A DNA stretch of 45,439 bases, taken from the NCBI GenBank assembly GCA_040879725.1, contig JBBDJV010000001.1, positions 1 to 45,439 on the forward strand. Reading direction: 5' to 3'. The notes beneath the pieces were generated by a model. It was not told the origin of the DNA. It did no database searches and was given only the letters and a program-made list of their open reading frames with translations. The DNA comes from Minisyncoccota bacterium (lineage in GTDB: Bacteria; Patescibacteriota; Minisyncoccia; Phycocordibacterales; GCA-2401445). Shown here piece by piece: positions 37,729 to 45,439 of the stretch (the first letter of the stretch is position 1; each line of letters begins with the position of its first letter). A program made the translations under genes and the position numbers.

Positions 37729-38778
37729 ATGAAACAAAAAATTCTGATAATTACGGGTGGTTTATCTAACGAAAGAAGACTCTCTTTGATTAGTGGTGAA
37801 GATGTAACTCGTGCTTTAATGGAAGAAAATACGGAAATTGCTATTTCAGTTTTGGTGATAGTCGATAACATGAAAATGTCCCTGTATTCTGATCCGCAAT
37901 TATTTTTAGATAGAGAGAGTCAGGGTACTGATCTTGAGAAAGTACGCAGGTACGATAGCCTGGATTTATCTGTTCTAAAAGCAGACGGTTATGATGTCGC
38001 TTTTTTGGCACTTGATGGAACATTCGCAGAAGATGGACACATACAGGCTCTATTAAATTTGACCGGAATCCCATATACAGGTTCGGACGTGATGTCGAGT
38101 AGTATTGGTATGAATAAATCAAAATGCTACGAATTTGTTTCAAATCAGGGAGTAGACGTTCCTGAATATTTTCTTGTTCGTACTAACAATTATGACGTAG
38201 ATGAAATTGATACAGTGATAAAAAATACATTTGGATATCCATGTATCGTAAAGCCAAATGATTCAGGATCGAGTATCGGTATGAGTTCTCCAAACAAAAA
38301 GGATGAACTGGAAGATTCTCTAAAAGAGTCATTTAAACATAGCAATATTACAATTGTGCAAAAATTTATACGAGGAAGAGAATTTGCTTGTGGAATAATT
38401 GGGAATGTTGGAGATACTGAATTGGAGATTTTGCCGGTAGCTGAAAGCATAATGGAAAATTTTACAGCGTACACCCATGAGCAAAAGTATTACTCCACTG
38501 ATATTAAAGATGTTTGTCCGGCGAAGATTGACGATTCCCTAAAGGAGCTGATTATGGAAAAAACTAAAAAAGTCCATGAAATCCTTGATTGTGACGGCTT
38601 AACGAGAAGTGATTTTAGATATGATGAAGAAAGTGGAAAACTCTATTTTCTTGAGATTAACACACTGCCTGGTCATACAAAAAATAGCATTTGCCCACAA
38701 GAAGCATACGCTATTGGTATGACGTTTGGAGGTTTGATCTTGAAACAAATTGATTTAGCTATACTAAGAAAAAAGTAA
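37729..38778 (+). CDS. Ddl-like ATP-grasp ligase with altered specificity residues
   Basis: GGLSNER, LDGTFAEDG, KPNDSGSSIG, AYTHEQKY, RSDF, LEINTLPG. Confidence 0.85.
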   Translation: MKQKILIITGGLSNERRLSLISGEDVTRALMEENTEIAISVLVIVDNMKMSLYSDPQLFLDRESQGTDLEKVRRYDSLDLSVLKADGYDVAFLALDGTFAEDGHIQALLNLTGIPYTGSDVMSSSIGMNKSKCYEFVSNQGVDVPEYFLVRTNNYDVDEIDTVIKNTFGYPCIVKPNDSGSSIGMSSPNKKDELEDSLKESFKHSNITIVQKFIRGREFACGIIGNVGDTELEILPVAESIMENFTAYTHEQKYYSTDIKDVCPAKIDDSLKELIMEKTKKVHEILDCDGLTRSDFRYDEESGKLYFLEINTLPGHTKNSICPQEAYAIGMTFGGLILKQIDLAILRKK

Positions 38779-38919
38779 ATATCTTGCGAAAAAGATCAAT
38801 AAACAAGCCGTATTATTTAGACCAGTCATGGGCGACCGAGACGGTTCTAACTCGAGACACACAGCATAAAATAGTTAGCCCCCATGCGAAAGCATTGGGG
38901 TTTTTGATATAATGAGGGC

Positions 38920-39333
38920 ATGAAAACAATTCTCTTTGCCTGCACTGAAAATAAAAAGCGGAGCATAATGGCTGAGGCTATTTTTAATCATCTAGCGAAG
39001 GAGAGTGACTTGTCTGCTCGAGCGACTAGTGCTGGCACTATCCCTGCTGAAGAAGCTGACCCACAGGTTGTAGATATCTTGAGTAAACACCATATCGAGT
39101 ACACGAAACATAAACCTCAAAAACTCACTAATGAAATGCTTGAAGAAGTAGACCATATTGTTTCTTTTGGATGTTTGATTCCTGATATGTTTCCTAAGAG
39201 CAAGTTTGAGGAATGGTTAGTAGAAGATCCGCAAACACTTGAAGAATATGAAGGTGTTTTTCATATTATCCAACAGCATGTGGTGGCGTTGCTCGAGCGT
39301 CTATCTAAAAAAAGTAACTCTCTATCTGAGTAG
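38920..39333 (+). CDS. low-molecular-weight phosphatase/arsenate reductase family protein
   Basis: ILFACTENKKRSIMAEA (Cx5R), SAGT, W.VEDP. Confidence 0.85.
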   Translation: MKTILFACTENKKRSIMAEAIFNHLAKESDLSARATSAGTIPAEEADPQVVDILSKHHIEYTKHKPQKLTNEMLEEVDHIVSFGCLIPDMFPKSKFEEWLVEDPQTLEEYEGVFHIIQQHVVALLERLSKKSNSLSE

Positions 39334-39609
39334 CTATGAGTGAAGAGCGATATACTTTTATACATCTTTCAAGGGCGACCGAGAGGGATTTGAGTCGCAG
39401 AAAGGTAGTCAACTAACGAGAGTGACCGAGTTCCTGTCGGGCAGAATTATGTAACTTCTACCTAAGTCTTTAACTTAGCCATATTATTCAGCATTTTGGA
39501 TTCATACTCGAACCGTATTTATAGTCACTACTGTGTCTATTGTGACGAATAAACATACGTGGTATAGATAGTATACTAGTCGATTGTATTATTATAACAA
39601 ACACATTTT

Positions 39610-40254
39610 ATGAAATATTTCTATTATTTTACAGCTATTGTCTTTGCGGTTGCGGGAGTATTAACCGCGACGACGCCTATGAGCGCGGAAGCTCGCTCAA
39701 TTGATAATCCTCCTGAAGAAAAAGAGCGAGGAGTTCGAGCGCTTGAGGCGGTAAGAGATACTCCTAACGGTGATAAGGTTATGCGTATTCTTAAAAAGAA
39801 ACTTCCAAGTGTAGCAGGTGGAGATGACGACGGAGATGGTCACGCTGACCCGGAATTTCGTGAGGATGAAAGCTCTCCTGAATCAGCGGTAAAGAAACCA
39901 AATGCCAAACATGACTGGAAGGTTGAAGAAGGTGAAAGGGCGGTTGAGGCTCAGGATTATAACGCGGCTCGTTCAAACAAACCTACATCTAAATCACCTG
40001 TTGATGCCGATGGGGATGATGGAAACGACGATATACTGGAAAGAATGAACAAAGCTGAACTTGTCGACGCGATTGCAAGTGATGCAAAGATCTCAAAAGC
40101 CGATGCAAAAAAAGCGCTTGAAGGTTTTACTAACGCAACAACGCAAATCTTGGAAAAAGGAGATCGTATTTCATTGATTGGATTTGGTTCATTCAGTATC
40201 AGCAAACGAGCCACTGAAGAAGTGGACATTCTTGGTATGCAAGAAGAGAAATAA
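39610..40254 (+). CDS. secreted protein with C-terminal truncated HU domain
   Basis: Signal peptide; MNKAELVDAIASDAKISKADAKKAL...GDRISLIGFGSFS from 40045. Confidence 0.75.
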   Translation: MKYFYYFTAIVFAVAGVLTATTPMSAEARSIDNPPEEKERGVRALEAVRDTPNGDKVMRILKKKLPSVAGGDDDGDGHADPEFREDESSPESAVKKPNAKHDWKVEEGERAVEAQDYNAARSNKPTSKSPVDADGDDGNDDILERMNKAELVDAIASDAKISKADAKKALEGFTNATTQILEKGDRISLIGFGSFSISKRATEEVDILGMQEEK

Positions 40255-40701
40255 ATCAACGGTGGAAATTGTTAATGTGAGCATAGCGAGCAATGTGTTA
40301 ATGGTGACAGACACAATTAAATTCACCACTTGTTTGTTTACCTGAAAATTATACACAGTGGATCAATACACCTGAATCAATCTCTGAACTCGAACAGATG
40401 AGAACATCAGTTAGTAAAGGTATTCCGTATGGTTCAAGGATTTGTCTGATGATTTGGTTCAAGCTACATCCCTTACGACACTGCAATATTTGCGTAAAGA
40501 GGAGACATTGACTCGATGAGGAAGTTTTTTCCATGTCCTAAATGGCCTGATAGTTGATGAGTATAGAAAGTTGAAGAGTCACGCAATCAAAAATAAATAC
40601 GACCTCCTCAACTCATTAAAAGTAAGGCTAATTACGGAGATTGCTTCGTGTATAAATCAGGTGACTGGTTTGAACCTACATTCTAGCTCTGAAGCCCAAG
40701 C

Positions 40702-41301
40702 TTAATCTTTCCTTGGTTTTCTATTGGCATTAATTTTCTTTTCTAGAATTGAGATTTTTGTTTCTAACTTCTGTGTACGAGTATTTAATGCCCTTTCTAG
40801 TTGATTAGTATATTGAGCTAACTGGTTCGCAATTGACATAATTTCACTCACATCTTCCATCGCAATCATAATGATTGGCGGAAATAATTCAGATGTCGTC
40901 TTATCTTTCGAATGAATGTGTCGGGCATTTAGAATAATAGTCCGTTGACCAATATTAGGAAAATTATGTTCAACCTCAAATCCCTTAAAGAAGGTGTTTT
41001 TAGGTAAAATATCTCGTAGTAGTTTTCGTAGCTCGGGGATGTTCCACTGGCCGTTACCAAGTTTATAAATATTTTTACCCTCAGTGTCCTCGGGCTCGAC
41101 TTGAAATAAGTGATAAAATGCCGCGTTAGCAGCCAGGACATTGCATTTGTCATCGAGAATTATGACAGGTTCACGCAAGACATCAACTACAGTCTTAATG
41201 TAAGTCCAACTCTCTTCCCAAAACTTAACAAAAAAGTCAGCGCCAACTTGATCGTAGCTTGTTTTTGAAGTTTTAGATTTCTTGGTTTTTTCATTACCCA
41301 T
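40702..41301 (-). CDS. PAS-domain protein with C-terminal coiled coil
   Basis: VDVLREPVIILD...ANAAFY...LGNGQWNIPELRKLL...HNFPNIG, typical of CheR/kinase-associated PAS domains. Confidence 0.8.
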   Translation of the reverse strand: MGNEKTKKSKTSKTSYDQVGADFFVKFWEESWTYIKTVVDVLREPVIILDDKCNVLAANAAFYHLFQVEPEDTEGKNIYKLGNGQWNIPELRKLLRDILPKNTFFKGFEVEHNFPNIGQRTIILNARHIHSKDKTTSELFPPIIMIAMEDVSEIMSIANQLAQYTNQLERALNTRTQKLETKISILEKKINANRKPRKD

Positions 41302-41388
41302 ACTACTTAGCCGTACGTATTTTAGATTTATTACAAGTACATTTCATTTAATTTGTCATAACAGCGGGCTAGTATCGGCTATAGTTTT

Positions 41389-42024
41389 ATGAATAAAGAG
41401 TCATTAATTTGGAGAATAACTCTGCTAATTTTTGTATTCGTACTTTTTGCAGGGGGTACTTTTTATATTAATGGAGTATTAAATAAGCCATTTATGGCGG
41501 TATCATCAACAACCGCTGATCAGTTGGTTGATATGACTGAATACGAACCGGAAGAATTTGTGTCTGCTCTACCTACACGTCTTCTGATTCCGGCGATAGG
41601 AATTAACGCTAATATTGAATATGTAGGAATAACAGATGACGGTACAGAAAAAATGGATGTACCTTCAAACCTTATCGATGTAGGATGGTATAAACATGGA
41701 GTCCGCCCAGGAATGAGGGGAAGTGCGGTGATTGCAGGTCACCTAAATGGAAAATATACACCACATGCTGTGTTTTCTAATTTACACAGACTTGAGATTG
41801 GAGACAAAGTGCATATCATAAACGAACAACAACTTAAAGAGACGTTTTATGTAGTCAAAATTGAAACATATGCTCATGACGCACTCACCACAGATGTATT
41901 TGTGAGTACTGACGGAAAAGCCAGACTTAATCTAATAACATGCAGTGGAAATTGGTTAGCGGAAGAAGACGTATATAGTAAACGAACAGTAGTTTTTACC
42001 GAACGAGTAATTGAAAGTCAGTAA
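41389..42024 (+). CDS. class F sortase
   Basis: N-terminal TM; VGWY..G.RPG..GSAVIAGH, LNLITC, R. Confidence 0.88.
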   Translation: MNKESLIWRITLLIFVFVLFAGGTFYINGVLNKPFMAVSSTTADQLVDMTEYEPEEFVSALPTRLLIPAIGINANIEYVGITDDGTEKMDVPSNLIDVGWYKHGVRPGMRGSAVIAGHLNGKYTPHAVFSNLHRLEIGDKVHIINEQQLKETFYVVKIETYAHDALTTDVFVSTDGKARLNLITCSGNWLAEEDVYSKRTVVFTERVIESQ

Positions 42025-42063
42025 TATACATCGACTCTAATAGACGCTAACTAAATCTACAAT

Positions 42064-42099
42064 ACAACAACAGCCCGCTTTTTGAGCGGGTTGTTGTTG
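42064..42099. terminator. convergent terminator
   Basis: CAACAACAGCCCGCT-TTTTG-AGCGGGTTGTTGTTG. Confidence 0.7.
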
Positions 42100-42122
42100 C
42101 CTTGAATTAATTGTTTTTTCTT

Positions 42123-42674
42123 TTAGAAGATAGCCAAGCTTTTGAAGAATGAAACAATAGTCATCCAAAGATTTGGAGAGCTCTGAACAGTAGGAGAGGC
42201 AAACCCTGCGTTAGGGAAGCCTGGAGCTACCACATTTTCAGCGGTAACACCAAGAACTGCGCCGGCTGGGAGGTCGGAAGATTCATTGCTGAAGTTTGTA
42301 CTTCCGCTTCCGCCGCTACTCCCACCACTACTAGTACCCCCACCACCACTACTCCCACCGACAACAGTGCCGGTAAGACCCCCGTCGGCCGTTGTGTCTG
42401 ATGACACAGTGCCTCCAATGTTACCACTAGTATTTTGGTTACTCGTGATATTCGAGGAGAGCGCACCGGTGACTTCAGAGCCGGTTTGGTTTTGGTCTGT
42501 ATCGTTGCTCGACACAGTCCCTCCAATGCTACCACTAGTATTTTGGTAACTCGTGATATCCGAGGAGAGGGTGCCCGTTACTTCAGACGCCATTGCCGTG
42601 GTGGCACCAAGTGCCATAATGGCAAGGAGCGTATAGAAGGTGTATCGGGAGAGTTTAGTCTGAGTCTGAGTCAT
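42123..42674 (-). CDS. secreted Ser/Gly-rich putative sortase substrate
   Basis: Signal peptide, 36-aa period repeat, FPNAG motif, hydrophobic C-terminus. Confidence 0.7.
   Translation of the reverse strand: MTQTQTKLSRYTFYTLLAIMALGATTAMASEVTGTLSSDITSYQNTSGSIGGTVSSNDTDQNQTGSEVTGALSSNITSNQNTSGNIGGTVSSDTTADGGLTGTVVGGSSGGGGTSSGGSSGGSGSTNFSNESSDLPAGAVLGVTAENVVAPGFPNAGFASPTVQSSPNLWMTIVSFFKSLAIF
42403..42587. repeat. 108-bp period intragenic duplication
   Basis: 42403-42479 similar to 42511-42587 (SEVTGxLSSxITSxQNTSGxIGGTVSS twice). Confidence 0.85.
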
Positions 42675-42688
42675 ATAATTTTTTAAGA

Positions 42689-44554
42689 TTATTGGTTTGA
42701 TCGGACACCGTATGAAGTTGTGTAGGCTCCATTAGGAGTACCGGTTGGTACTGCTACTTCGACCGTAACTTCAACTTGTATTCCGTCCACAGTATGATCT
42801 AGGTCTGTGACCATATTCAAGTCAGGAGTAGAGTACACATTTTCTGCTGTTAGCAGAATGGTAGCACCACCATTATCAGCTTGAAGTGACGAGATACGCA
42901 TATTGTTTGCAACAGGGATAACGCCAGATCCGTTTGTTTGCATCCAGTTAGCAAACTTCATCGCTAGCTTTGGTTCGTCTGTTGGAACAGTAATATGGAA
43001 GACATATTCCCATCCATCAGCAAATGAACCGTTAGCAGTTGCTGTAGTATCAACCATTTCGATTGAAGTGACTTCTAATACGCCGTCACCTGCTACAACA
43101 TCACCATTTAGATCGCCTTCTGTTGTATTTCCTTCAGGATTAGAACAGTCGATATTCCACACGATCACATATTTATCCTCTTGCATATCAGTGAAGGTTG
43201 GCATTGTCATACTAGAAGTAGCTGTCATTGCTTCCTCATGGGTGTTACCGGTAGTGTATCCGTGAAGTGCGAATGGTTTACCTTCAGTACACGAAGCGCC
43301 AACAGTGTTGCCGGTTAGAACTTCATTTGTTTCGTAGTCAGCTCCCTTTGTCATTTCGTTTGTCACTGCTTGGTAGGGCACAGTATTTGTCTCACTCAAA
43401 GAGTAAGAACCAGTACCAGCTCCCATGTTGTCTGATTCCCAAGTAGAAGTCATAGGGAAGTCAGCATTGTCAGCTGTGATAGCTGTAGCCTGAGTGCCGT
43501 TAATGTACTTATCAATAGTAACCGTAACTGTTGTTGAGTTATCCATTGTTACACCAGCTGTGTTTGGTGGACAAGTATTATCACCACCTTGGTGAAAGTG
43601 CTGCGCGTGGGCCAGATTAGGTGTGACACCTTGAACCTGGTTGTACACATCAGCCTGACCATCTGTTATGTTTACAGTTGAGAAGCCTGTTGCCCCACTT
43701 GAGTTGAGTTCTGTGAGATTAGCCCTGTAGGATCCATCTGCTTGTTCTTCTAGGACACCACATGCGACCGGGATGCTGGCCTCAAATGGGAAATCCGAGT
43801 TAACACTTGATCGCTTTTCACCATCGTAGACACCGTTTCCGTTGATGTCATGACTATGAATCACAACAGCAATGTTATCGAGATCAGTTTCTTCATCGAG
43901 CGTAAAGGTACGCTCATACAAATATAATCCCTGATTGTTCGCAACTGGGAATCGAGCTAGATCTAGAGCACTGTCGGGACTGGTGTCACCGCTAATGGTA
44001 AGCGATTCGACAATTGATCCGTAGAAAGGAATTCCTTCGACAGTATCAATGAACCCGTCATTGTTTTGATCAGCTGATTCTTCTGATCCAGTAGGTGTGC
44101 TTGAGGCCGTGCCCACTGTAGTTGACCAGATTCCTGATCGGTCACCACCATTGTAGTTATCTGACCAGGTACCAGACATAGTGCCGTCCTCGGCAATAAC
44201 GCCGTTGACGATAAGAGTTGTCTGAGGCACAACAGCATCTTGTGTTGCCGTGTAGTCAGCCATAAATTCAATGGCATCTTCTGTCACTGAACCATCAGTA
44301 ATCGTCCAGAGGTAAGTATTGTTACCTGCCGGGCTCCCGCCGTTGCCGGTGAGGTTACCGTCGTTATCTTGGTTCAATGTCATATCGTGTAAATAATCAT
44401 TTCCTTGATACTCCATTGCGACGATATAATCCCCGCTGGTATCCCAGTCTTGAGTTTGCTGTGTTGCAAAAGCTGAAGGGGCTAACGTAAACGTAAAAGC
44501 AACTAAGGAAAGTACGGTTGTAAAACCGACAAATCCAGTAATTAATTTTTTCAT
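42689..44554 (-). CDS. secreted acidic multidomain surface protein with Cu/Zn-SOD/CHRD-like module
   Basis: Signal peptide; HAQHFH, VVIH, PVACG, DxNxDG motifs. Confidence 0.75.
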   Translation of the reverse strand: MKKLITGFVGFTTVLSLVAFTFTLAPSAFATQQTQDWDTSGDYIVAMEYQGNDYLHDMTLNQDNDGNLTGNGGSPAGNNTYLWTITDGSVTEDAIEFMADYTATQDAVVPQTTLIVNGVIAEDGTMSGTWSDNYNGGDRSGIWSTTVGTASSTPTGSEESADQNNDGFIDTVEGIPFYGSIVESLTISGDTSPDSALDLARFPVANNQGLYLYERTFTLDEETDLDNIAVVIHSHDINGNGVYDGEKRSSVNSDFPFEASIPVACGVLEEQADGSYRANLTELNSSGATGFSTVNITDGQADVYNQVQGVTPNLAHAQHFHQGGDNTCPPNTAGVTMDNSTTVTVTIDKYINGTQATAITADNADFPMTSTWESDNMGAGTGSYSLSETNTVPYQAVTNEMTKGADYETNEVLTGNTVGASCTEGKPFALHGYTTGNTHEEAMTATSSMTMPTFTDMQEDKYVIVWNIDCSNPEGNTTEGDLNGDVVAGDGVLEVTSIEMVDTTATANGSFADGWEYVFHITVPTDEPKLAMKFANWMQTNGSGVIPVANNMRISSLQADNGGATILLTAENVYSTPDLNMVTDLDHTVDGIQVEVTVEVAVPTGTPNGAYTTSYGVRSNQ

Positions 44555-44922
44555 ATTTTATAGTTATCTGTTCTACCTTAGTAATGTTCTACTAAATTAA
44601 GAACTTAATTAATAATGACTGATAAATGAGGAAATAAGTCAGTGACAAACAAAAGTAGGTGGCTAGATTACTATGCTCACGCTGAGTAATTATGTCCCTT
44701 ATCTATAGTGCCGATTGGAGTAGTAATACTTTACAAGGTAGTAAAAAAATCTGGCGAGTTAAAAAGTAATCGTCTATTTTTTATGTTCAAAGTGTATATT
44801 TTGTAATTGAGTAATAAATCACAAAAATAACTAGAAGGCTATATATAGGTATTATCAGTATTTGAATGAATTAGCATCGTGTGTTTGTAATAATACTGCT
44901 ATTTTTACGTCATATATAGTGT

Positions 44923-45405
44923 ATGGCAAGGATAATAATTAAAAATAAAAAACCTGCATTAGAGCAAGAGTTTAAAACATTATCGAAAGGTGAAATCACT
45001 TCAATAAACCGTGATGTTACTAACGCGCATACTGATTACAATCAAGCTCTCTATAAACGGGCTCTATTCAAGACCAGTGATGTTGATGTCAGTCAGGACT
45101 TAGTCCAAAAAACATTTTTGAAAATACTACTATACCTGAGAAAAAGGGGAAAAATTAAAACTATGCGGTGCTTTCTCAATCACGTTCTCAAGGATCTTAT
45201 AGTTGATGAATATAGAAAACGTAAAGCAACGTCACTGGATGTTCTCTTAGAGAAGGGGTTTGAAATTGGTTTTGAAGATAGTGAGAATATGATAAATATC
45301 CTCGATGGTAAAAAGGTTATTCTATTAATCCCTCTGTTGCCAGAGAAATATCGAGTGATAATGCGTATGCGTTATGTGCAATGTTTGTTAACCTTGCAGC
45401 AATAG
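44923..45405 (+). CDS. ECF-type sigma-70 factor (region 4 appears short or truncated)
   Basis: SQDLVQKTFLK, NHVLKDLIVDEYRKRK, LPEKYRVIMRMRY. Confidence 0.75.
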   Translation: MARIIIKNKKPALEQEFKTLSKGEITSINRDVTNAHTDYNQALYKRALFKTSDVDVSQDLVQKTFLKILLYLRKRGKIKTMRCFLNHVLKDLIVDEYRKRKATSLDVLLEKGFEIGFEDSENMINILDGKKVILLIPLLPEKYRVIMRMRYVQCLLTLQQ

Positions 45406-45439
45406 AGTTTACACTTCCTATACAATGGAGGAATGAACA

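Larger units (their letters stand above)
33443..39444 (+). mobile_element. genomic island at tRNA-Gln bounded by GTGACC+tRNA-3'-end direct repeats
   Basis: GTGACCGAGTCCCTGTCGGGCA (33443-33464) vs GTGACCGAGTTCCTGTCGGGCAG (39422-39444); cargo appears more AT-rich. Confidence 0.7.

Noticed and set aside
33753-38778. Canonical vanA/vanB/vanC resistance operon
   Set aside because: No vanH, vanT, vanY or vanRS; the first ligase has the ordinary Ddl omega loop.
40260-40700. Short ORF 40349-40534 or pseudogene
   Set aside because: No recognisable motif or start signal; cannot be supported.
1-45439. Alternative genetic code (TGA=Gly, code 25) or prophage
   Set aside because: Conserved genes are uninterrupted in code 11 and dnaX ends in TGA; no phage structural or integrase genes seen.

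Overview
A 45.4-kb segment that looks like a Patescibacteria/Parcubacteria (CPR) chromosome. This assignment is inferred from the compact genes, short IF2, many apparently leaderless starts and code 11. Housekeeping genes include rbfA, infB, iscS-like, clpB, miaA, parB, rel, topA, dprA, serS, ftsQ-like, dus and dnaX, plus six tRNAs (Leu-TAA, Cys-GCA, Tyr-GTA, Trp-CCA, Leu-CAA, Gln-TTG). The most notable non-standard content is as follows. (1) Every tRNA is followed by all or part of a shared structured non-coding module. It carries locus-specific antisense (often hairpin-split) and/or sense copies of that tRNA's own 3' end around a conserved scaffold ending in GTGACC. (2) A 20-bp palindrome CCTGCCT(G/A)CCGG(C/T)AGGCAGG is inserted into these modules and into itself, next to a small GIY-YIG nuclease gene flanked by a duplicated tRNA-Leu 5' end. 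(3) A tRNA-Gln-bounded island encodes a VanX-like D,D-dipeptidase, a canonical Ddl, a divergent SHMT-like PLP enzyme, a SAM methyltransferase and a second Ddl with altered specificity residues. (4) A 1.5-kb array of promoter-hairpin-terminator units lies upstream of dnaX. (5) There is a secreted protein fused to a truncated HU domain, and a sortase F/ECF sigma surface-protein cassette. All calls come from reading the sequence by eye; no searches were run.
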